A DNA stretch of 56,666 nt, the filler included, from Sphacelaria rigidula (Eukaryota): the NCBI GenBank assembly GCA_964200075.2. It is 5 parts of 5 records of this genome, joined end to end, with 100 filler letters (N's around TTAATTAATTAA, not from the genome) between each part and the next. Parts side by side here need not be neighbours in the genome. Positions count along the whole stretch, not along the records: positions 22,709 to 33,961 come from CAXNAA020005162.1; 4 more parts are not named here. One strand, given 5' to 3'. Both the position numbers and the translations under genes were made by a program. Shown in pieces: positions 23,821-34,061 of the stretch; position 1 is the first letter of the stretch, and every line of letters starts with the position of its first letter. The notes under the pieces are model-generated. The model did not search any database and was not told where the DNA came from. It saw only the letters and a program-made list of their open reading frames with translations.

Positions 23821-24914
23821 TTAGCAGCAAATATATATATTATTTCATCATTCTCTTTCTTTTTGTACAGCATCGCGTCTGTATGAATTTCCTTGGTCTA
23901 ATTTTCTTTCTTTTTCCTTATACCCTATCTTCTGTAGTTAGCCTGTGACAACGGAAGGCGCTTGCATCAGATGCCCAGTACAGAGTAACGCAGATATCGG
24001 AACGGTTAGCCTCAACGACAACGACAACAACTCCACGAAAAGTGCACTACGAGGCGCGAGTTTCATGATATCAACTTGGATTATTCCTGAGTTGGATGGG
24101 TGCGCGTGACCGCCTTGACCTAATTACAAAGATACACCAAGCTTGCCCGGACTCAGCGCCAGTCACAAGACATGACCATCTTGGCCAGCAAGCCATCCAG
24201 CATTCACAAATTAAGGACCGGACCAACCGGACCGGATAAATACACGCCGGGTCGTACGACTCAACCTCGGGAAAATTCGAACTGAGGATTTACTTTTCAA
24301 ATCAGGGGGCGAGGGTTGCTATTTCAATGGACAGTGCGCAGTGCGTGCGTTGGATGCGAGTCGGAAGAGTAGACAGGCACAGATATGACGCCAATGGCCT
24401 TTGGGGATACAGCTGTTGAAAAAATGCGGCAGGCAGGTCTACAGACTGTTGTGGGGCATATTGTGCAATGACATAAAAAATGGGCGCGATTTTGGAAAAG
24501 GGTTACGAGGCGTTCCGCTACTGTGACCGCCTGCGCCGGAACGCATTACTACGGCATGTGCACTAACTGCACTGAATGTACCGTTGACTAGATAGATTGA
24601 AAGTGCTGAGGCCCAAAACGTCAAGAAAGGTGGGTTATGGAATAATCATTGATGAACGGCTGCTCTCTGCTCGGTTCTGGGCGCATAGGGGCACCGTGCG
24701 GTACATACTTTCTACTGTACTGTAAAAAGCACTCTGGAGGTGACCTGCACTTTTGAAAAAAATCTGTTCCTCATGCACATCCCACCGCGCGGGCTGCCGG
24801 CTGCAGCACCCTAGACACTGGACCCCAAGACAGCAAAAATAGATCGGTTCTACCACGCACTTCAATCTAGATGAAGAAAAGGTGAACTAGAACTCCCTGC
24901 GTCTCTCTCCTCAC

Positions 24915-25005
24915 ATTTGGCAAGCAAGTCCTTGTCTGAAGCATCTTCCCCAATGCGCTTGAAGGACCCCGCCAATTCAGACTCCGTCACCAAAACTGCG
25001 GCCAT
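24915..25005 (-). CDS. Probable first exon, resembles the DNA polymerase alpha subunit B (POLA2/Pol12) N-terminus
   Basis: ATG at 25005, GTGAG donor at 24914. MAAVLVTESELAGSFKRIGEDASDKDLLAK(C) resembles the plant-type EIKAEFKRNG...EILKKC start. No downstream exons identified. Confidence 0.45.
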
Positions 25006-27482
25006 TCTTGACTTGAGGAGAGATACCCTCCACTGCCGTGTTGAGCTACCGTTTCACACTTGACAGAAGACAAATAGATGCGCGCGGGGATAGGGCTAGA
25101 GAGCTACAGTGCCTGTTGTTGTGAAACTGTAGCTCCTGCAGCTGATGATGTTGCTGCTGCTACACGTTGTAACTCTGGTTCCTAGTATCGCTCCAGTATT
25201 TGAAAAAGTTGCTTCTTATTTTGTGCTGTAGTATCCGCCTAGAACGTGTATATCAGTCCCGTTGATCGGGCTGAGGCGCTTCCGGAACGGACAAGAAGAA
25301 GTGAATGCACTCTTTCACTTGCCTCTCTTTCACCTCCGGATGCGTGAGCACCACAGTACTGGAGGTTTGTACAAAAACGTGGGACAGTATTCAATCTCGA
25401 ATCATATCCCATCTGCAGATGTGTATAAAAAAAAGCACGATTCTGGCGGGGTTATATACGTCTACACAGCTGTACTTGAATACCGGCCATCGCCCCCCTC
25501 CATACAGTTGACTTTCAATATACATGTCTCGCGTAATAATGATGATACAGTATATGTTCATCCATCCGCCTTACCTGTGAATAATAAGAACGGCATTCGT
25601 GATGTCCCACTGCCATGGAAGTGGGACTTGCTGTGATACCGGGGGTCCGAGCCTGATAAGAATTGTAGTGCGTTATTACTGCCTGGTGGTCTTATTGGCA
25701 GCAAGGGGCCGGTGCAAAAGGTTTAATGCTTTAAGCCCCCTTTTGCGGGCGTTCAATGGGCAGGGGGACACCACTTTTTTTGCCGCGAGGCTCCAGCTCT
25801 CTTGCTTCTTGCGCTCAGTTGATTGATGATTTAGCGGTTGGCTTGACAACCTGAAATCATGGTAACCCATGGCGCACTCCCTCGTTGTATGGCCGTCGTG
25901 GGAATAAATGTGTACACTCATGCGCATGGTGATACTCATCAGTCAAGTAACTCATGACCTTGTTTTTTCTTTAATTACTTGACTGTTCTCATGTACAGTC
26001 CCTAGAATCATGATTGTTCAAAAATAACCGCGTGGGCGAAGCCGTGAGAAAACAAGAGATGAGATGAAAACACAACAGGGCAGAAACAGATGAATATGCT
26101 GCTCGCGTTTAATGCAAAAAAAGCAGGAGGCAGGGATAGATAGGTCCGACGCTATAGGCATAGTACAACGTGTTAGCCTTGAGCGACAGATTCACAGATT
26201 GATCCTATTACGCATCCCTGATCAGTTGTGAATAAACAACTGATTTATTCAGTTCGGCCAAGCAGATTCGTCAGTCAGGAGATGCGGACCATGGAATACA
26301 GCTTTGTTCTCGAAAACAGACATGAGCGGCTCAACTGTAGCGTCAGGGTTTTCGGCGTTCAAGGTCAGCCGGCGTCATTGTTCCGACAGGAGGTCTGGCC
26401 CGCCAGAGACCAAGTTTGATATATATATATATATTCCGAAAACCACCTACACACGCTTAATATTTATACCACAGCGAGCGCGCTATGGGCGGAAACGCGA
26501 TGCGCTCTTGAATTCCTCGAGAATGCGCTCTCCTTTTCCACAATGTCTTCCGTCCAACTCTTGGGTAGCCTTCACATTTTTCTACTCCACCGTCAACTTC
26601 GCCTACAGTAACACTGTCAACACAGCTGACGGCGTGCTCACTGTGGTACGTGAAGCCGACAACACAAATACAGAGAAAGCAGCGCCCACCATACCACGAA
26701 CAAAGAGGACATATCCACGGGCCAAGTATAGCAGCGCACCTCAATTCACTGTGTATGTACAAACGTCCCCTACACCCCCTTCCCCCGGTCCCTCATATGA
26801 CACGAAGATTCCCGACAAGACGCCATCAGAAGGAGCGAACTACGATCACGACTTGTGCCCACGGTACACACGAAGTACATCTTCCGTGGGACGCTCTCGT
26901 GAGTTGACATTGAGACAACATGGAGAGCATGCTAAAGTACTCACGCCCGATGTCCACAAAAACAACCTTGGAACCGTCGACCCGTCCCCTTCAGAACATG
27001 CGGGCCACCCTGTAAGTGCCAAAAAGCTGCTGCATGCGTATGTCCTGATAGGAATGAGTTCATCACGAAAAAATAGCTCCACTACTCAGACTAGGGACAC
27101 GAATAACACATCACGGGGGTTACTTGACGGTATAGCACAGTGTATATTCGACAAACACATATGCCACGGACTCCTTGACTACTACTACATTATGTCATCG
27201 CGATGGCAAACAGGCAACAAAATGCGCCCGACACAACGTGCAGTTACCCCCCCCCCCCCGATCAATCAACTCCTCAATAGACGTCGAACTCCTTGCGCCG
27301 TAGGCTGGGGGGGGGAAACACGGGACAGGCACTTGATGGTAAAGCACCGGGCATACCTCATAACACAAACACCGGTACCACGTTAACTGCTCTTTCTCCG
27401 TTTCATCGTGACGGGGGACTACCGGCAGAACGTGCCAAGTAAAACGTGCGGCACCCTCCGCCAATCAACCTCCCAGCGGTTG

Positions 27483-27647
27483 TCACACCCGTTGGGGCGT
27501 AGGCTGGGCTGGCGTAGGCGCCACCGGGAGCCCAAACTCGTCTACTCCCGTTGGGCCCGTCGACTCCGGGACGACTGACGGCTCAACCGGCAGGCTAGCC
27601 GGCTGCCCGTACGCAGGGGACGCATCCTCCTCGATACCGTCCAGGGC
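27483..27647 (-). CDS. VPS60: ESCRT-III-associated Vps60/CHMP5, last exon
   Basis: CTGCAG acceptor. Reads ALDGIEEDASPAYGQPASLPVEPSVVPESTGPTGVDEFGLPVAPTPAQPTPQRV*, with the CHMP5 C-terminal VDEFGLP motif. Confidence 0.92.
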   Translation of the reverse strand, partial: ALDGIEEDASPAYGQPASLPVEPSVVPESTGPTGVDEFGLPVAPTPAQPTPQRV

Positions 27648-28019
27648 CTGCAGGGAGAGAGAGCGAGACAGAGAGAGACAGAGAAAGACAGGGCGAGAGA
27701 CCGACCCGTCGACAGAGAGAGAGCGAGCACAACACGCGGACGGACGGGCAGACGGACAGACAAGCGGACAAGCAGACGGAAGAGGAACAGTGAGTGAACG
27801 GTGGGGTAGCCTTCAAGGATAGGGGTGAACGGGAGGATACAAAGCTGTGCCCGTATGAAGAAGAAAAAAAATCGACTGTCGTTGCGGTCATAAAACGGGC
27901 GCGAATAGATCTTCCGGGCGATACAAACAACCCTCGCTGGTGTGCCCATTGCTGCTTCCACGAGATCGAGATACGAGCCGTCGCGTCCCGATGATGCAAT
28001 GGAGGAGGGGAAACGCGGG

Positions 28020-28160
28020 TTCGTTCGCTTAGTTTGTTGCACGACAGTTGACGCGGTGCAGGAGTGCTAATAGTCATGACCCAATCCGCGATACCAAAAT
28101 GTAAGACATGTACCAGGGGAGAGATAAATTGGGCCCTCGAGACGTCCCAATGAAAGGGAG
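28020..28160 (+). mobile_element. SINE family 2, 5'-truncated, intronic
   Basis: AGTTGACGCGGTGCAGGAGTGCTAATAGTCATGACCCAATCCGCGA is nearly identical to 31299-31345. Confidence 0.75.
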
Positions 28161-28277
28161 GGATTAGAAATGAGACAAAGAAGAAAACGAGCCGTCGTAC
28201 AGGGGTGCATTTTCATGCTACCATCCTACAGGTATTCCCATCGATTGTCTTTCGTGCCGATTCGTGGCGGATCACAC

Positions 28278-28344
28278 CTCCAATTCGTCATCCAGACACG
28301 CCAACTCCGCCTCGAGATCGTCTTCGTCGAGCTCGTCGGGCACG
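28278..28344 (-). CDS. VPS60: Vps60/CHMP5 exon
   Basis: TCACAG acceptor, GTGTGA donor, 67 bp. Reads (N)VPDELDEDDLEAELACLDDELE. Confidence 0.92.
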
Positions 28345-29016
28345 CTGTGAAAAAACAAGGGACAGAGAAAAAAGGCATCATATCACCAGAAGAATTTAGC
28401 GAAAAACGTGAGAGGGGGGATGATGCATGACGCGCCATGACAAGGCCACTGCATGGTCACCAACACGGCGAGGGGTCTCAAGCAGTCGAGGTTTCCTACG
28501 ATAGGGCGCGCGCGCGCGGGGTGGGGGAGGTGTACTCATGATCATGCATGCCATAGTCATAAGACCATTACCATTGGGGGGGGGGGGGGGGGGAGAGGGG
28601 GGTATTTCGGGCCATTTCTTGCGCGAAAGTCTACTCCAAATCGGCTTTGAAAGCAGTAACTTCTGCTCGAACGCGCATGTTACCAATAAAATGGAGTCAT
28701 TCATACTGCTTGGCACCGTGTTCACCCAAATACAAGCGCACCGCGAGTGTGCCCGGTCATCTGACACACCTACGGCCCCTGCTCCTTTTGGAACCAAACA
28801 CATACACACTTTTATCATAGGATCACTTAGTCTCCAACACCAACAACTGAAGGGCCTTGAGCGCACCCTGCTGCTGCAATGGAACATGACATGATATTTC
28901 CGTGAATCCCGACGCTACACGAACGGTACTCGGCGCAGAGCCCCGGCACAGCGAGCGCTTAGGAACCGCGTGGCAGTAGCGACATGTGCCGGGTGCGGAC
29001 CTTAAAAAACAAGCAA

Positions 29017-29053
<37 letters not shown>

Positions 29054-29337
29054 CGCGGACCTCGTCTGTAAGTAATTCTTACAACGATATTACCGTATGC
29101 GGAGAAACAAAACCGAAGGGCATGAAGGCATTATGGCATGTGAGTCAAACATCGGGGGATCCTGCGGTCGCAAGGGTGCTTCCTTCACTTATATATTGAA
29201 ATCCCACCGGATAAAAAACACCCGCACCGCCTCTAGTAGCCCGGTGTTAGAAGCGGAGAGCGAAAACGACGATTCAACTCCTGATTCAGCGCACGCGCCC
29301 ATGTATTTTGAGGGCGTATCCTGGGGTGCAGACTTAC

Positions 29338-29483
29338 TTGTAGGATCTCCCCATAATTTCGTTGATCTCATCCATGTCTTCCATCAGGTCTGCCATATCG
29401 TCCGTCATGTTCTCCACGTCGGTAAGGTTTATCTTCTTCACCTCCTTTTTCAGGCCTTTCTGTGCATCCTTCATAGCGGCAAC
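29338..29483 (-). CDS. VPS60: Vps60/CHMP5 exon
   Basis: GACAG acceptor, GTAAGT donor, 146 bp. Reads VAAMKDAQKGLKKEVKKINLTDVENMTDDMADLMEDMDEINEIMGRSY. Confidence 0.94.
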
Positions 29484-29780
29484 CTGTCATTCAGCAGTCG
29501 TGACCATCGCAAAAGTCCACCAGATAACCCAACCGTTCATTGCGACCTCGAAATTCATAAGAGTAAAGGACTCACCACACACTCGCCTGCTTCGAACCAC
29601 GATTCATTCATCACGTAGAAAAATATCGTCAGCCGGAGAGCACGAGGCTACGGCACTTTGCCTTGATGAATACAAGATCGCAAAAAAAAAAAATGCCCCC
29701 CCGGTAGCTTGCTTGTAATGGATAGTACATGAGAATCCAACCATGCGAGTGCAGCGTCCCTATGCTGATGACGAAAGTTC

Positions 29781-30037
29781 CAAGGGTCGGACGAACTAAT
29801 GATTCGTCCTGAAATTACTTGATTTTAGTGTGATTGATTCGTACCGTACGAATCAATCCCTAGGCATTTTTTTCAGTGTTGCAAGCGAGGTACGCGCAGC
29901 CCAGGCACATGGAATGGCGCGAAAGTTGCGTGGAGACCTGTTTGACCAGCGGTCGACTTTTTCTCTCTTTCGAGCAATCAGGCCCAAGAAATCGTGGCTC
30001 TAGTTACTCCAACCAGCGAGGATTCGTCCGACCCGTG
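29781..30037 (+). mobile_element. hAT-type MITE, 257 bp (intronic)
   Basis: TIRs CAAGGGTCGGACGAA / TTCGTCCGACCCGTG. Reverse-complement homologue of 30571-30835. No clear TSD. Confidence 0.85.
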
Positions 30038-30194
30038 AAAACATGAGAGTGATGGCCCGTTATTTGTGTGTGCCCAAGTCGGTCGAACTGGCAGTTAAAA
30101 TTCTAGACGCTACAAAGAAGAAAGTGCATGGTCTGATGTGCGACATGGAAGAGCTCTCTACTACATAGGAGCCACTTGTACGCTGTGTGTTTAC

Positions 30195-30404
30195 CGTCGT
30201 GGCCGTATCCTTGATAGAATCGATGGCGAAGCTGGTTTGCTCGATGTTGAACTGCTGGCCCGCCATCTGATCTCGCTGCTGCTCGTACATTTTCTTTCGC
30301 TTCAATGTTTCCATGGCTCGCTTCTTGATGTTCGCAGCGGCGGGACCCTTCGCTTTCTTCAGCGCGTTTCGGTACCTGACGAGCTCTGCGTCGAGACCCT
30401 TGAT
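30195..30404 (-). CDS. VPS60: Vps60/CHMP5 exon (Snf7 domain); the upstream first exon is not seen
   Basis: GGCAG acceptor, GTAAAC donor, 210 bp. Reads IKGLDAELVRYRNALKKAKGPAAANIKKRAMETLKRKKMYEQQRDQMAGQQFNIEQTSFAIDSIKDTATT. Confidence 0.95.
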
Positions 30405-30570
30405 CTGCCGGACACCATACACGAGCAGCACGCGATGGGTTGTTTGGTTGTCCGTAACACACAGGGGCAGGAAATGAAGACAAAAGCCAAGATGCATCTT
30501 CAAAGCAGTTATTGTTTTCGGCAACAAAACCGAGCGGAATAGCTCAGTACACAACGTTTCGACATTTTAC

Positions 30571-30835
30571 CACGATTCGGACGAATCATCGCCGATTCGA
30601 ATAACCAACCAAATCCACAATTTCTTAGGCCTGATTGCTCGAAAGATAAAAAAAAAAAAACGATGGCTGGTCAAACAGGTCTCCACACAACTTTTGCGCC
30701 ATTCCACGTGCCTGGGCTGCGCGTACCTGACTTGTAACGCTGAAAACAGAGCTTAAGGATTGATTCGTTTAGTATGAATCAATCACACTGAAATCAAGTG
30801 ATTTTCAGACGAATCATCAATTCGTCCGACCCTTG
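30571..30835 (-). mobile_element. hAT-type MITE, 265 bp (intronic)
   Basis: Perfect 8-bp TSD CATTTTAC on both sides. TIRs CACGATTCGGACGAAT / ATTCGTCCGACCCTTG. Confidence 0.9.
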
Positions 30836-31147
30836 CATTTTACACACATGCACGTCAGCTTCTATAATAGTTTAAACTTCGCCATGGCTTTCACCACCCC
30901 CGTCCTTTACGAGACTGCGATTTGGATCCTAGTTCATATCACTGCTCTCGTACGGTACCACGGTCATCGTGTGGCAAGTGCGCAAGCCCCAGACCCGCAC
31001 CTCCCCAATCTCACACACATAACCCCTCCCCCCCCGCCCTTCCCCGCCCGCCGACCTCTCATCACACGACGTGCCCCCCTCCCCTCCGAGGGCACAGCTT
31101 ACAGCACGAAACATTGAGGTTGCAAACGCGCAAATGTATATACACAC

Positions 31148-31420
31148 AGGTGTCATGGTCCGACTGTCGCCATTAGGGTGGAAAGAACGCGGGTTCGATT
31201 CCCGATGCGTTGGATTTTTCTTCGTAGCATTTGATTTCCACCGTGGAAAGCGTAAGAACGTGAGTAAACAAAGTAGTCGACTGAGTTTGTTTGACGAGAG
31301 TTGACGCGGTGCGGGAGTGCTAATAGTCATGGCCCAATCCGCGAGACCAAAATTCAAGGCGTGTGTCGGGGAGAGATGGGCTGGTCCCTTGAGACCACGG
31401 ACTCGTCCCGAGGAGGGGGG
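31148..31420 (+). mobile_element. tRNA-headed SINE, family 2
   Basis: B box GGGTTCGATTCCC at ~31191. Body homologous to 9752-10048(-) and 28020-28160. Confidence 0.75.
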
Positions 31421-31520
31421 GGGCGTACTCATTTGTTGCTTGCCTTAGTCATTTGACCATTGACCACGCATCCCTTTCGAGACGGAGCACCGTTCCTACT
31501 CCTAATAGAGACACGGGACG
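31421..31520 (-). mobile_element. LINE 3' end (family A)
   Basis: Encodes VSIRSRNGAPSRKGCVVNGQMTKASNK*. Lies tail-to-tail with the SINE at a shared G-run. Confidence 0.8.
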
Positions 31521-32802
31521 GGGAGGGGTTCAAAGTGCGACAAATAAAATAATAAAATAATAAAGAAAACACAAGAGTACACCTTCCTGTGTTCTTGACT
31601 GACAGCCTATTCCCACGCCAGGACAGAGGCATTCGTTGCATCTGCGTCGCGTGAGGGGGGGCATTATTTTGCACGTGCGACGTACGAACTCTGTCCGAAC
31701 AAGTATGACGGTAGGTAGCATCCGAACGGTCCACTACATCGCGTGTGTCCCTCTGGTTGCAAACGGCCCAATCCACAACACGAATGTAGCGAAACAAGGC
31801 GCCACGGCACTTGTCTGCTCTAGAAGAAAAAAAAGTACAAACTTCGAAATCCCCGTGTGCGTAATGTACGCGTCAAAGGATTCAAGGCGCGGCGTATTTA
31901 TTCGCTGGAGGATGTATGTGCTATAGGGCACGGCTCGTGCGAGTGTCATTAGGCGGTGTTCGGGATTTGTGCCCGAATATTGCAGAAAAAATTCCCCTCC
32001 CCGACAGCCAACTGACAAACACAAGTTGACACTTACGCAAGCTACGCGCGAAACACCCAACGGCGAGCTTGTCGCCCTTACCAACCCCTTGTTGGCTTGC
32101 ACAGGCGTGAGGGGGTATCCATCACCCCAACATTACTGAGCCCGACAATTGTCGTTTTTGTTCTTCACATTAGCCCCTTTTCCAGAAATCTAGAGCCCGT
32201 GGTCACAAAGCGATTGCACGGAAAGATCAAACACAACGGAAAAGTTATTAATACGATCACGAACAGGAAAACACGGCGCCCTGAACGGCGAGGTTCTCCG
32301 GGGCGGGGTTCTACAAACGTGTCAGCGAAAACATTAAATGCACAAAAAAATACGGACGGCCCAAAGAGCAATTAACAAGAAAAAACGTTGGCTACATCAA
32401 GGGTAGTAGGTTGAACAAAAGTCCCGCACCCACAGCCCCTCCCCCCCCACCCCACCCCTGGCTGTCATTTCCTTTTGATGGTTGGCGTCGATTTGCTACG
32501 GCGGTGCAAAATACGCCACTCACTACGTAATTAAGGGAGCCAGATTACCGTTTTTTTCGCTTGCATTTGATTTTGCGGTAATCATGATGGTCGAGCTAGA
32601 TCATTTTGGGCGGGGTGGAGAACCCAAACTCCTCGCACAGGGGATGATCATACTACGCAGTGTTTAAATGTTGAGATGTTCATGAGGCAACGCGGAACCC
32701 GTGGCTGTCTCTGGAAGCGGCGATACCAGAAAAATGAACCAACGCATTCTAGGATGTCACCCAAAATGCAAGATATTCAGTACGCTTCGGGTCGAACAGT
32801 CG

Positions 32803-32980
32803 TAGCAGGATGCAGCTCACCCTTCATGCGACTTGCCGAACACATCACGGCGCTTCGCGCTTGGTGATCTATTGTGAGTATGGCCAGGCCAAAATCCGGT
32901 GTGCTCCGTCCAGGCTTTGTAGGGGTGCGAGGTCAAAGGTATGACTACCATATGCAAGATCATGAGTAGCCCCCCCCCCT
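32803..32980 (+). mobile_element. LINE-related repeat 3' end (family B)
   Basis: Homologous to 17262-17437 and ends in a C-rich tract. Confidence 0.75.
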
Positions 32981-33898
32981 CCCTCCCCCTCCCTCCTCCT
33001 CCCTTCTGGCGGGTCGATTTTATTTTATTTTTTGTGGAACACACCTTCTCTATTTGTGGACATGTTGGACTAGTCGACAGGTTCTTTTGGTGACTCTATT
33101 TATCGTGACAAGATCCAGCGCGCTGTGGTCCTTCGATTGTGATGCATTGCAACGATCAGAGTATCTACAATAGCGTGTGACACCCTGTAATAGTATGTCT
33201 TACTTGCTTGGATGCATGAGTACAGAGGGAATGACGCCGAAAAATTGCTGTTATCGCAGATTTTTGTTTATAACTGATGTAGCTAGCTGAACAGGACAAT
33301 CAGAGATGCTATCAACAAGTTGTCTTTGAACATTCTCTACGATAGCCCCCCCCAAACACTAGTCAAAAAGTGTCACGAAAAAACTGGTCGTACAGCGCCT
33401 GATGTTCGGGTTCGGACTGCATGAAGCGCCTCATATGGGCGACGTTGGCGAGAACGAACCCAAGCGTGGGAATTCCCAGCTGCTCGTTGTGCTCGGCTTT
33501 TTCCACTTCGATTTATGGGAAGATCTTGCCTCCCCAAGCTGGGCACTTTTTTTTGGGGGGGGGGCATCGTAGAGAGTGTCTTTGGTAGACCTTGGATGGA
33601 TCACCGAGTACACGACTTTCATCAACAAAGACCACAGTAACTTGGAGCCACCCGTAAATAGTCTGTCATCAAACTTCAGACCACTGCCTCTTCGACATGT
33701 GCCGCCGGCTGCTGCGGGTAAAAAGCGGAGCCTGTTCATGCATCTCATGATGGCGACCTCCTTATCCTCCCTCTCCTCTCTACCCCCTCCTCCTCCCGTC
33801 TGTTATCACTCTTCTCTTCCTCTTCCTTGTCGTCTTCTTCCTCTTCCATTTTCTCTGCTGGTCTAGACTGCGCCCGACGTTCACTCCCCCCTCCCGCT

Positions 33899-33961
33899 GA
33901 CGGCATGAAATCGTTTGATGCACTAGACAGTAGGGAGAAAACCATGGCTATACTAGGGAAT
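33899..33961 (+). mobile_element. LINE family A fragment, cut by a gap
   Basis: DGMKSFDALDSREKTMAILGN, homologous to 11400-11465. Confidence 0.7.
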
Positions 33962-34061
33962 NNNNNNNNNNNNNNNNNNNNNNNNNNNNNNNNNNNNNNN
34001 NNNNNTTAATTAATTAANNNNNNNNNNNNNNNNNNNNNNNNNNNNNNNNNNNNNNNNNNNN

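Noticed and set aside
26304-27386. 360-aa plus-strand ORF
   Set aside because: No recognisable domain; lies antisense to the presumed VPS60 3' UTR and runs through simple repeats.
33431-33748. MNRL... ORF as the VPS60 first exon
   Set aside because: The following residues lack the FG+KKK/PP pattern of Vps60 N-termini; the first exon was not found.
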